DNA of 32,896 bases from Candidatus Pacearchaeota archaeon (GCA_014728565.1 WJLK01000035.1:1-32896), one strand, 5' to 3'; shown: positions 1 through 8,813, counted from the first letter of the stretch. A program made the numbers and translations. Notes: a model not told the origin generated them from the sequence alone.

Positions 1-758
1 AGATTAGTAACATCCTGTTTTACTCTCTTAAAATAATCTCTTGGATTATTTATCATAAAATTAAAATCTTCAAGTTTATCAAGAAAATTCTTTTTAATAA
101 CTGGCAATAATCTATCAACTACTGATTTTTTAGTATTAAGTAACTCAACCCAGACATAATCGCAAAAACTTAACTTCTTAAAAAGTTCTTCTAAATTAGT
201 TATTCCAAGAAAAACAGGACTTATAAAACCATAAACTATGATTCCATGTTTTTCAGCTTCTTTCAAAACTTCAATTCTCTCATCAGGAGTACTTGCATAA
301 GGTTCTATCATTCTACTAAATTCTTTATCCAGAGTATTAATACTCATTCCAAGTTCACAATTTAATTTTTTTAGCAAATCAAAATCTCTTTTAACAAGGG
401 CAGACTTGGTTAAAATTCCTATTGTAAATTTCTTCTTATAAGGACTTTTTGAAATAATATCTAATATTTTTCTTGTAAGTTCATATTTTTCTTCAAGAGG
501 ATTATAACAGTCAGTAACACTGCTCATCCAGATATATCCTGGTTTGTTATCAGCTAACTCTTTTTCAAGCAATTCAGAACAATTAATTTTAACATAACAA
601 AAATCTCCCCAATTCTCAATAATATTCATGAATTTCTTCATAAAAACAGCATAACAATACCTACATCCATGAACACAACCTATATAAGGATTAATAACAT
701 AATCTGTTATCTTACTTTTGTTCATGCATGATTTTGATTTAATAAATTTGGTTTTCAT
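1..758 (-). CDS. Radical SAM enzyme, SplB-like/COG1533-type (partial; 3' end lies beyond the window edge)
   Basis: Not in the supplied track. I checked every minus-strand codon in this frame from 758 down to 3 and found no stop; the ATG is at 756-758. The translation MKTKFIKSKSCMNKSKITDYVINPYIGCVHGCRYCYAVFM... carries a CxxxCxxC cluster in an NPY.GC.HGC.YCY context typical of this radical SAM subgroup. Confidence 0.7.
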   Translation of the reverse strand, partial: MKTKFIKSKSCMNKSKITDYVINPYIGCVHGCRYCYAVFMKKFMNIIENWGDFCYVKINCSELLEKELADNKPGYIWMSSVTDCYNPLEEKYELTRKILDIISKSPYKKKFTIGILTKSALVKRDFDLLKKLNCELGMSINTLDKEFSRMIEPYASTPDERIEVLKEAEKHGIIVYGFISPVFLGITNLEELFKKLSFCDYVWVELLNTKKSVVDRLLPVIKKNFLDKLEDFNFMINNPRDYFKRVKQDVTN

Positions 759-801
759 CTTCAATAATAAAAAATAAATACTCTCTAATATTTATATTCT
801 T

Positions 802-1545
802 ATGTGGTATCCAGAAAACAGGCATGTTTTAAATGAAACTTTAAACAAATATCTAAAAACAGGAAAGCATAAAAAACCTCTGGCTCTTGATAAAAACTCG
901 AAGTTAAAGAAAGGACAGAACCCCTTACATGGAATAATAGTTCCTCATGCAGGCTACCAGTATTCAGGAGCAGTTGCTGGAACTGCTTTCTCTCTTATTA
1001 AAAAACCTGTTAAAAAAGCTATTGTAATAGGACCTAGCCACTATGTTCATTTATTTGATGCAATGACTACTAATCAACAAGATATTCAAACTCCCCTAGG
1101 AAAAACCAAAACTTTCAATACTGATTTTTTAACTGGAAATATTGAACAGGAACACTCTATTAGTAACCAGTATCCTTTTTTACAAAAACTACATGTAGAA
1201 CAAATAATGCCTCTGATGATTGGAAAAATAACAAACCAGCAAGCCTTAGAAATTGCAAAAAAAATATCAAAAATTAAAGCTCTCTATGTATTTTCAACTG
1301 ACTTAAGTCATTTTCTAGATTATGAAACAGCTGTTAAAAAAGATAAAGAATCAGTAAAAATAATAGAAAATCTAGACAGTGAAAAATTCAGATTCATAGA
1401 TGCCTGTGGTTACTTTCCACTATTAATTTTAAAAGAACTCTGTAAAATTAAAAAAACAAAACCCGAGCTTGTTGAGTATAAAAATTCAGGAGATGTTATT
1501 GGTGATAAAACAAGTGTGGTTGGATATGCGAGCTTCTACTTCTGA
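802..1545 (+). CDS. MEMO1-family / AmmeMemoRadiSam system protein B-like protein
   Basis: N-terminal WYP motif, HGIIVPHAGYQYSG and a C-terminal GDKTSVVGYAS match the MEMO/AmrB family pattern. A TATA-like AAAATAAATA lies about 21 nt upstream of the ATG. Confidence 0.8.
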   Translation: MWYPENRHVLNETLNKYLKTGKHKKPLALDKNSKLKKGQNPLHGIIVPHAGYQYSGAVAGTAFSLIKKPVKKAIVIGPSHYVHLFDAMTTNQQDIQTPLGKTKTFNTDFLTGNIEQEHSISNQYPFLQKLHVEQIMPLMIGKITNQQALEIAKKISKIKALYVFSTDLSHFLDYETAVKKDKESVKIIENLDSEKFRFIDACGYFPLLILKELCKIKKTKPELVEYKNSGDVIGDKTSVVGYASFYF

Positions 1546-1655
1546 CAATCTAAAAATCACAATAATAGAAGTAGGAGTGAGTCTGAGTTTTTGGTTTTGA
1601 CAAATAATAATATAAAAGAAGTAAAGGCGAGTTTGAGTTTTTATTTCTGAATAAG

Positions 1656-1664
1656 TTTAAAAAC
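1656..1664 (+). promoter_or_regulatory. TATA box (TTTAAAAAC) exactly 20 nt upstream of the MscS ATG
   Basis: TTTAAAAAC-N20-ATG. The same motif and spacing recur at many genes in the window. Confidence 0.6.
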
Positions 1665-1684
1665 TAATCAGCATTTATTATACA

Positions 1685-2617
1685 ATGGCTTTATTAGATA
1701 TAATAAACTACCTAGCTGTAATACTCTCAAATCTAAAGTCAGTGATTAACAGCAATATTTACACAAAACTCTCTTTTAACACTATAGCTATAATAATTCT
1801 GGCTTTTGCAACTAAATTTCTTCTAAGCGTATTCTTCAATAGAAGTTTAAAAAGAATAGAAAAGAAAAAATCAATCGAGGATAAAAGAACAAGAAAAACC
1901 AGAATAGAATTCCTAAGAAACATAACAACAACAATAATATTCTTACTAGCAATAACATTTATTCTCCTGCCAATACCAGGATTTAAAACCTTTTCATATT
2001 CTATACTGGCAGGAGCAGGTATAGCTGCTATTATAATAGGTTTTGCAGCTCAAAAAACACTTGCAAATATTTTTTCAGGAATATCTGTTGCCTTATACTC
2101 TCCGTTTAGGATTGGAGACAGGCTAAAAATAGGTGAAGAATTTGGTGATGTTGAAGAAATTAACCTTAGACACACTATTATCAGGACATGGGATAACAGA
2201 AGAATAATAATACCCAACTCCATAATATCTGAAAGAGAGATTGTTAATTATAGTTTAAAAGAAGAGAGATTACTCTGGTCAGTAAATATGGGAATCAGCT
2301 ATGATTCAGACATTGAAAAAGCTAAAAAAATCATGCTAAAACTTGCAAAAAAACATCCTAATGTAATAATGCCTGAGATAAAAGATGAGGATGGAAATAT
2401 AGAAAAAAAACAACCAGTTGTGAGGGTAACTGAATGCAAAGATTTTTCAATTAACCTAAAACTATTTTTCTGGGTTGAAAAACCAGGAAAAGCATGGGTC
2501 ACAGGATTTGATCTTATTGAACAGATAAAAAAGGAATTTGACAAACAAGGAATTGAGATTCCATTTCCTTACAGAACCATTGTTTATAAAAAAGATTTAG
2601 ATAGAAAAAAGAGATAA
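1685..2617 (+). CDS. Small-conductance mechanosensitive channel (MscS family)
   Basis: Three N-terminal TM helices are followed by IFSGISVALYSPFRIGDRLKIGEEFGDVEEINLRHTIIRTWDNRRIIIPNS, the canonical MscS pore-helix/beta-domain signature. Confidence 0.85.
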   Translation: MALLDIINYLAVILSNLKSVINSNIYTKLSFNTIAIIILAFATKFLLSVFFNRSLKRIEKKKSIEDKRTRKTRIEFLRNITTTIIFLLAITFILLPIPGFKTFSYSILAGAGIAAIIIGFAAQKTLANIFSGISVALYSPFRIGDRLKIGEEFGDVEEINLRHTIIRTWDNRRIIIPNSIISEREIVNYSLKEERLLWSVNMGISYDSDIEKAKKIMLKLAKKHPNVIMPEIKDEDGNIEKKQPVVRVTECKDFSINLKLFFWVEKPGKAWVTGFDLIEQIKKEFDKQGIEIPFPYRTIVYKKDLDRKKR

Positions 2618-2714
2618 AAAAATGATTTAAACATATTAAAATAGCTGCTACTCCTAAGCCTAAAAATAAGATTCCTAATAAAGTTTAATAGTAAATTTTC
2701 ATATCCTCCATTAG

Positions 2715-3863
2715 TCAAATCCATTTTTTTCTCTTAAAATAAATAATCATTATCAGAGCAACAAGAATCATAATTCCCCATACAATGAAATAAGCCCACT
2801 TATAACCTAATTCAGGCATATACTCAAAATTCATTCCATAAATTCCAGCAATGAAAGTCAGTGGGATGAAAATAGTGGCTATTATTGTCAAAACCTTCAT
2901 AACCTCGTTCATTTTATTGCTTGTTATTGAAAGATACAAATCCTGAAGTCCTGAAAGCATGTCTCGGTAAGTATCTATAATATCAAGAACCTGAATTTCA
3001 TGATCATAAACATCCTTAATATAAGTCTTTGTCTCTTTTTTTATTAATTTTGAATCTGTTCTTTGTAAGCTATTAATAACCTCCCTCAATGGAAGAACAA
3101 ATTTCCTTACTAAAATTAACTCCCTTTTTAGACCATAAATAATATTAAGGGTTTTTGAATTAGAGTCGAGCATTAAATTTTCTTCAATTTTTCCAATCTG
3201 TTCTCCAAGATTTTCCAATACTAAAAAATAATTATCAACCACTAAATCAACTAATGCGTAATTTAAATAATCTTGATTCAATAATCTTACTCTTTTAGAT
3301 CTAATACGGTTTCTTATAGGCTCAAACACATCACCCTCTTTTTCCTGAAAAGATATAACAAAACCCTCTCCAAGAACAATACTCATTTGCTCTGTTTTTA
3401 TCTGATTTTTTTCTTCATCATAATATATCATTTTCATTACCTGAAATATATTATTATCAAACTCCTCTAATTTAGGCCTCTGGTTAGTATTAACAACATC
3501 CTCTAACAGCAAAGGATGAAGATTAAAATAATCCCCTATTTTCCGAATAACCTCGGTGTTATGTATCCCTATAATATTTATCCAGGTTACGCTTTTTTTA
3601 TCTCTATACTTAAAAACATCTTCAACTTTTTTTGCTTCAAACTCCTGTACATTTGATTTAGTATAGTCTATCACATGGATTTTGATTGGTTCTTGTCTCT
3701 CTTTTCCAACATATACTAAAGTTCCAGGAGATTTCCCTAACTTTTCCTTAGATGCCTTAGGCGAGATTTTTGTAAGATTTAAGGGATTTATAAAACCAAA
3801 AGGGTTTTCAGAAATCTTTTTTAAAAATCTTATATTTCTCTTTGTTTTTTTTAGGATACCCAT
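2715..3863 (-). CDS. corA: Magnesium/cobalt transporter CorA
   Basis: GMNFEYMPEL (GMN motif) sits between two C-terminal TM helices. The track start at 3881 is a GTG; the ATG at 3863 (MGILKK...) has a TTTTATAA-type TATA about 20-25 nt upstream, so I prefer 3863. Confidence 0.9.
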   Translation of the reverse strand: MGILKKTKRNIRFLKKISENPFGFINPLNLTKISPKASKEKLGKSPGTLVYVGKERQEPIKIHVIDYTKSNVQEFEAKKVEDVFKYRDKKSVTWINIIGIHNTEVIRKIGDYFNLHPLLLEDVVNTNQRPKLEEFDNNIFQVMKMIYYDEEKNQIKTEQMSIVLGEGFVISFQEKEGDVFEPIRNRIRSKRVRLLNQDYLNYALVDLVVDNYFLVLENLGEQIGKIEENLMLDSNSKTLNIIYGLKRELILVRKFVLPLREVINSLQRTDSKLIKKETKTYIKDVYDHEIQVLDIIDTYRDMLSGLQDLYLSITSNKMNEVMKVLTIIATIFIPLTFIAGIYGMNFEYMPELGYKWAYFIVWGIMILVALIMIIYFKRKKWI

Positions 3864-3954
3864 AATAATGACAGTAAACACTTAATTATAAAATTATCTT
3901 TTGATCTTAGAAAAATATTATGCTAAAAGAAAACATTAACAATTCATTTTAGTT

Positions 3955-4401
3955 CTAAGCAATAGCCTTTAAACCATCACCCTGTTTTCTAGGAATAACA
4001 TGTATATGTGCATGTTCAACTACCTGGCCAGAAGATTCTCCAACATTAACAGCTACATTAAAACCATCTCCTTTCCCTTCATTAATTAAATTTAATCCAA
4101 TTTTTTTAATATCATCCAGCATCTCACTTGCTAGACTATTGGGGATATCTAAAATATCTTTATAATGCTGTTTAGGAACAATCAGTGTATGTCCTGATGC
4201 TTTAGGATTATTATCAAGAAAGGCAAGAAAATTTTTACTTTCATATATTTTGTCTGCAGGAACCTCTCCTCTTACAATCTTACAAAAAATACACTCACTA
4301 TCCTCAGAAACACCAGCTTCCTCTCTTAAACTATTTAACCCTTCCTCGTCTTTTTTTATTCTCTCCTCAATTTCCTTTATTCTTTTTTCAGCCTCATCCA
4401 T
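3955..4401 (-). CDS. HIT-family nucleotide hydrolase/transferase (Hint-like) with an N-terminal coiled-coil extension
   Basis: CIFCKI nucleotide-binding motif and the histidine triad HAHIHVIP. TTTAAAAAT (revcomp of 4422-4430) lies exactly 20 nt upstream of the ATG. Confidence 0.85.
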   Translation of the reverse strand: MDEAEKRIKEIEERIKKDEEGLNSLREEAGVSEDSECIFCKIVRGEVPADKIYESKNFLAFLDNNPKASGHTLIVPKQHYKDILDIPNSLASEMLDDIKKIGLNLINEGKGDGFNVAVNVGESSGQVVEHAHIHVIPRKQGDGLKAIA

Positions 4402-4421
4402 GTTAATTTAAGTTTAAATAT

Positions 4422-4430
4422 ATTTTTAAA
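4422..4430 (-). promoter_or_regulatory. TATA box (TTTAAAAAT) 20 nt upstream of the HIT gene ATG
   Basis: Same motif and spacing as the other promoters in the window. Confidence 0.55.
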
Positions 4431-4445
4431 TATTTTTATTCTATT

Positions 4446-4700
4446 TTACAAAGGTTGTCCAAATTCATCCCCTGCAAGACATCCATCCTCATCTACATAA
4501 AAACCTCTTTCTGAGTCATAAGATAAATTCCTCTGTCTTGCAGCTTCTCTGTTTACAGAATCCTCAACAGGAAGGTCAGGATCAAAATCAGTATCAGATA
4601 AAACAACATACTGAAAATCAGATATCCAAACCTGAGGAGCTTGAAAATTAGAAGTAACTAATAAAGCTGGTCTTCCATTATATAATATCTCCTGTTTCAT
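4446..4700 (-). CDS. Hypothetical acidic protein (84 aa), orphan
   Basis: Complete ORF with TTTAAGAAT (revcomp of 4721-4729) exactly 20 nt upstream of the ATG. Composition is 5 Arg vs 1 Lys, Asp/Glu-rich. I recognise no motif. Confidence 0.5.
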   Translation of the reverse strand: MKQEILYNGRPALLVTSNFQAPQVWISDFQYVVLSDTDFDPDLPVEDSVNREAARQRNLSYDSERGFYVDEDGCLAGDEFGQPL

Positions 4701-4754
4701 ACTTATTCATACAAATAAATATTCTTAAATATTATTATTTTATAATAATATAAA

Positions 4755-4825
4755 GGGCCTGTAGTACAGTGGTAGTACATATCGCTGGCAGCGATAAGAC
4801 CTGAGTTCAATTCTCAGCAGGTCCA
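4755..4825 (+). tRNA. tRNA-Ala (anticodon GGC)
   Basis: Hand-folded 71-nt cloverleaf: acceptor GGGCCTG/CAGGTCC with the G3:U70 alanine identity pair, anticodon loop CTGGCAG, T-loop TTCAATT, discriminator A, no encoded CCA. Confidence 0.9.
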
Positions 4826-4839
4826 TTTTTCCTTTTTTT
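4826..4839 (+). terminator. Oligo-T tract (T5, then T7) immediately 3' of tRNA-Ala
   Basis: Archaeal RNA polymerase terminates at T-runs. The tract starts at the first base after the discriminator. Confidence 0.4.
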
Positions 4840-4853
4840 CTAAAAAAATGGAG

Positions 4854-5372
4854 CTATGAAGCTTTAGTTTCAGCATGTCCATACTTTTTCCACTCAAATT
4901 TCTCATTGCTATCTTCATTTAAAATTCTATCCAGCATAACCAATTCCTCATAAATACCCTCTATTAAATCATAATTTTTAGACTCCTCTAAACTCACCCA
5001 TTTATAATCAACCAGTGAACTAGCTAGTTTTATGTCTTCATCAACAGGCTCTGCATATAAACTTACTATTATGCATGGAATTTCATCATCTCTGATATAA
5101 ACCATACTAGTAACATAACCAATATTTCTAATATCCAGATTAACTTCCTCTTTTACCTCTCTTTTCAAAAGATTCTCAAAAACATTATACCAGTGATGTT
5201 TTGTATCTCTCTCTCTTAAAACATAATCTAAAATCTCTAATTTTCCTCCGGGAACTGTCCATTTTCCAGGAAAAGCTTTCTCCCAGTCAGCTCTTCTAGC
5301 TATTAAATATTTTCCATTTTTAACAAGAATGCCTGTTACTGAAACATAGTGCGCTTTTAATCTATCATACAT
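4854..5372 (-). CDS. Nudix hydrolase
   Basis: PGGKLE ... LLKREVKEEVNL matches the REUxEExGU core of the Nudix box, with a ~20-aa insertion after the first Gly/Glu element. Confidence 0.8.
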   Translation of the reverse strand: MYDRLKAHYVSVTGILVKNGKYLIARRADWEKAFPGKWTVPGGKLEILDYVLRERDTKHHWYNVFENLLKREVKEEVNLDIRNIGYVTSMVYIRDDEIPCIIVSLYAEPVDEDIKLASSLVDYKWVSLEESKNYDLIEGIYEELVMLDRILNEDSNEKFEWKKYGHAETKAS

Positions 5373-5445
5373 TTTTTACTACAATAGTCTTTATAATCCA
5401 AAAATCCATTTACTTTATTTAAATAATTCCTCAAAACTTTTGACT

Positions 5446-6063
5446 ATGGAACAATCAATTTTAAATCTATTTTTATTCCACAATAAATTAAAATTCAGTG
5501 ATATCCAGAAAAATCTGAAAACAAGGTCTAATAAACTTGCCTATCATCTTAAAAAACTTGTAGACAAACAAATTTTGATAAAACAAAAAGACTTTTACAT
5601 GACAAGCGATATTTTTGAATATCTAATACCTTATATCTCTGATAAAAAAGCTGTTCTTCCAGTAATATTAATATTTATTGGAAACTCAAAAAAAGCCTTT
5701 CTCTTTAAAAGAGATAAAAAACCCTATAGAGACTATCTCTCTCTTCCAGGAGGAAGATTACTTATTCAGGAATCAATTAAAAATGCAGCTAAAAGAATAA
5801 TGAGAGAAAAATTCAACATTCCTGTTAAGATAAATAAAATAAAATCAGTAAGTTTAGAGCAAGTAAAAAAATCCAATAAAATCCTTCATTCATTTCTGCT
5901 TATTTTCATCTCTGCAGAATCTCAAAAACCAATTCAGCTAACAGATGTTAAAAAAAACAAATCAAAAATAATTCCCAGTGATTATGAACTAATAACTAGC
6001 AAAGATTCAGAAATAAAAATAAAAACAATAGAATCAAAACTCAAAGAGTTTTTGAATAATTAA
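5446..6063 (+). CDS. Winged-HTH (ArsR-like) fused to a degenerate Nudix-like domain; putative ligand-sensing regulator
   Basis: The N-terminus FSDIQKNLKTRSNKLAYHLKKLVDKQIL looks like a wHTH. The C-terminal half has LPGGRLLIQESIKNAAKRIMREKFNI, a Nudix box lacking the REUxEE glutamates. The track start at 5440 is TTG; the ATG at 5446 has ATTTAAATA exactly 20 nt upstream (5417-5425). Confidence 0.6.
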   Translation: MEQSILNLFLFHNKLKFSDIQKNLKTRSNKLAYHLKKLVDKQILIKQKDFYMTSDIFEYLIPYISDKKAVLPVILIFIGNSKKAFLFKRDKKPYRDYLSLPGGRLLIQESIKNAAKRIMREKFNIPVKINKIKSVSLEQVKKSNKILHSFLLIFISAESQKPIQLTDVKKNKSKIIPSDYELITSKDSEIKIKTIESKLKEFLNN

Positions 6064-6069
6064 ATTTGA

Positions 6070-6384
6070 TTACTTTAAAACCCTCTTCAACAAACTCCTT
6101 GCTTTTCTTGACCTAAAAAAGTCAATCTCCTCTCTTAAAACAGGCTTTAGAGGGTCTAAAAATTTTTCAGGAGCACCCTGATAAGTTATTTTATCTTCTC
6201 TCCAAGTCTCACCTCTTTCTCGGTAATACTCAAATTTATATCCTCCAATTATTATTCTAACTCTGTCAGAAGCTGTAAAATTCCCTTGAAAATCCATATA
6301 AGTAACAACTACATAAAAAAATCCTCCAAAATTATTTGGACATCTCCATATACATTCTTCAGAAACAATTCTCGATTCTAACAT
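6070..6384 (-). CDS. Hypothetical protein (104 aa), orphan
   Basis: Complete ORF with TTTATAAAG (revcomp of 6405-6413) exactly 20 nt upstream of the ATG. No recognisable motif. 12 Arg vs 7 Lys. Confidence 0.5.
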   Translation of the reverse strand: MLESRIVSEECIWRCPNNFGGFFYVVVTYMDFQGNFTASDRVRIIIGGYKFEYYRERGETWREDKITYQGAPEKFLDPLKPVLREEIDFFRSRKARSLLKRVLK

Positions 6385-6430
6385 GTTAAATACCCATCAA
6401 GAAACTTTATAAAAATTATTGCATAAAAGA

Positions 6431-8647
6431 TTACTTCACTCTTGTCTCAACCAGCTTACCAGCTTTTTCAAAATCTATCTCTTTGTTAATAAGTTTTCTA
6501 AAAATCTCCCTTAGATTTTTTATAGAAACCCTTACCTGTTTTGTACTGTCTCTATCTCTTATTGTTATGTCTTTCTGAACAGGAGTCTTATCATCAATAG
6601 TTATGCAATAAGGAGTTCCTATAATATCATTTCTGGCATATCTTCTTCCAATTGCTCCTCTCCTATCATAAATAACATGAAAATCCTTTCTAAGCTCCCT
6701 TACAATCTCCTCTGCAATTTCTTCATATTCAGGTTTTTTAATAATAGGAAAAACAGCTGCTTTTACAGGAGCTAGTTTACTAGGAATCCTTAAAACAACA
6801 TAATCTCTTTTTTTATCATAAGTATAAGCTTTAGTAAGTATTGCGAGAAAAACTCTTTCCATTCCAAAAGTAGGTTCAATAACTCTTGGAACAGTCTTTT
6901 TTTTGTATTTTTCATCATAAATCTCCATTTTTTCCTTGCTGAATTTTTCATGCTGTTTTAAATCATACTGTCCTCTATTAGCATTTCCAGCAACCTCTTT
7001 GCTTCCGAAACAATACTCATAATCAATATCAAAAGTTGCACTAGAATAATGACTTAACTCATCCTTGGTATGCTCTCTTATTTTTATCTCATTCAATCCA
7101 AGACTCTGAAACCACAATATCTGTTCTGCTAACCAGTAAGCATGCCACTCTCCTAGTTTTTTTTCTTTTAACATATCCCTAATAGAGGTTTCTCTTAAAT
7201 CTTCTCCTGACTTAACCTGTGTCTCAGAATCAAGAAGCTTTAATTTAACATCCAGATGAAAATCATCCAATAAATTACATTTTTCCTCTTCAGGATTTAT
7301 AAAATACTCAAACTCACCAATATGAAACTCCCTGCTTCTGAATAAAAAATCCCTCGGAGCAATCTCATTTCTAAAACATCTTCCAATCTGAGCAATACCA
7401 AAGGGCAATTGCATTCTAGAAGTCTGCTGTATAATTTTAAAATCCATAAACATTCCCTGGGCTGTCTCTCCTCTTAGATAGGCATCAGAAGCATCTAAAG
7501 CACCCACCTTTGTCTTAAACATAAGGCTAAACTCTCCCTGAACCTCAAACTCTCCACCACATTCACAATTTACTTTTCCAACCTCTGACTTATCAAGTTT
7601 AGTTGATTTCTTGCAGTTCTTGCATATAACAGCAACATCACTAAAACTAGATATATGCCCAGAAGCCTCCCATGTCTTAGGATGACTTATAACAGAAGCT
7701 TCCATTCCAACCATATCCTCTCTTGATTTAACAAAAAAATTCCACCAATCCTGCCTAATGTTATTAAACAGCTCTACCCCTAAAGGACCAAAATCCCAGA
7801 ATCCTGCAAAACCTCCGTAAATATCTGAACTTCTAAAAACAAAACCCTTTTCCTTGCAAAAATTAGCAAGTTCCTCTATTGTCAGTTCTTTTTCTTCTAT
7901 AGATATTTCCTGAGTATCTTCCTGCTCTGAATTTTGCATTTTTATCTCATATTCCCATCCTGCCTGCCAGGCTCTGTTTTTTCTCCAGTCTTCCTCAATT
8001 GCCTGTTTCCAGGTTTTTCCTTTTGTCAAAACTTCCAAAGCTAACTGAGGAGCCTTATGTGAAACAATAGCAACTTTTTTTCCATTGTAATTTTTCCTCA
8101 AGAATTCAAGAAAATCAGAAACTCTTTTTTCAACATCTCTAAGACTCTCTCCTCTGGGAAAATTTTTTTCTATATGCTCCTCATAAATAACTTTTTCCTC
8201 ACCTGCCTGATTTAAATCACCATAATCACACTCTCTTAACCTCTTATCCTGAATTATCCTATATTTATCACCAAAACTAATTTCAGCAGAGTCAACAGCT
8301 CTTTTTAAATCAGAACAAAACACAACATCAAAATCTTTTTCCCTGATCTGTTTAGTTAACTCTTCTGATTGTTTAATTCCAGTCTCAGATAACTCTCCAT
8401 GAGCCTGACCAGTAGAAATTCCATTTTCATTATCTTTAGTTGTTCCATGAACAAAATAAGTTATCTTAACTCCTAAATCTTGTTTTTCTTTTTCCTCCAT
8501 CTTTATCTCCTCTGCTTTTTTTTCAGCCTCATCTTTATCCTTGCCTAGATAAGCAATACACTTGCTTGTAACTTTATCACCATCCCTTATGCTCTTTTGC
8601 AGATAATAATAATCCTTTCCACTTATATTTTTCTTAACAATATACAT
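6431..8647 (-). CDS. glyS: Glycyl-tRNA synthetase (archaeal/eukaryal alpha2 type) fused to an N-terminal histidine-phosphatase (PGAM-like) domain
   Basis: From residue ~250: FRSSDIYGGFAGFWDFGPLG, FRNEIAPRDFLFRSREF, GMERV and a C-terminal anticodon-binding region, all class II GlyRS. Residues ~60-235: VHGTT.DN, LSETG, SDLKRA, LRECDYG, GES and VSHK, a histidine phosphatase fold. TTTAAAAAC (revcomp of 8668-8676) lies 20 nt upstream of the ATG. Confidence 0.9.
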   Translation of the reverse strand: MYIVKKNISGKDYYYLQKSIRDGDKVTSKCIAYLGKDKDEAEKKAEEIKMEEKEKQDLGVKITYFVHGTTKDNENGISTGQAHGELSETGIKQSEELTKQIREKDFDVVFCSDLKRAVDSAEISFGDKYRIIQDKRLRECDYGDLNQAGEEKVIYEEHIEKNFPRGESLRDVEKRVSDFLEFLRKNYNGKKVAIVSHKAPQLALEVLTKGKTWKQAIEEDWRKNRAWQAGWEYEIKMQNSEQEDTQEISIEEKELTIEELANFCKEKGFVFRSSDIYGGFAGFWDFGPLGVELFNNIRQDWWNFFVKSREDMVGMEASVISHPKTWEASGHISSFSDVAVICKNCKKSTKLDKSEVGKVNCECGGEFEVQGEFSLMFKTKVGALDASDAYLRGETAQGMFMDFKIIQQTSRMQLPFGIAQIGRCFRNEIAPRDFLFRSREFHIGEFEYFINPEEEKCNLLDDFHLDVKLKLLDSETQVKSGEDLRETSIRDMLKEKKLGEWHAYWLAEQILWFQSLGLNEIKIREHTKDELSHYSSATFDIDYEYCFGSKEVAGNANRGQYDLKQHEKFSKEKMEIYDEKYKKKTVPRVIEPTFGMERVFLAILTKAYTYDKKRDYVVLRIPSKLAPVKAAVFPIIKKPEYEEIAEEIVRELRKDFHVIYDRRGAIGRRYARNDIIGTPYCITIDDKTPVQKDITIRDRDSTKQVRVSIKNLREIFRKLINKEIDFEKAGKLVETRVK

Positions 8648-8667
8648 AACTTACCCACTACAGAATA

Positions 8668-8676
8668 GTTTTTAAA
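8668..8676 (-). promoter_or_regulatory. TATA box (TTTAAAAAC) 20 nt upstream of the GlyRS ATG
   Basis: Motif and spacing identical to the MscS and Sm promoters. Confidence 0.6.
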
Positions 8677-8813
8677 GATTTTTATACTATCTCTCTTTTC
8701 CAGGAATTTCAGGAAATTTCAATAAAAACAAACCATTGAATTTCTTCTTGATAATAATTCAACAAATTTTTCTGTGAATCTCTGATAATCATCAACAGTT
8801 AATATTCTCATTT

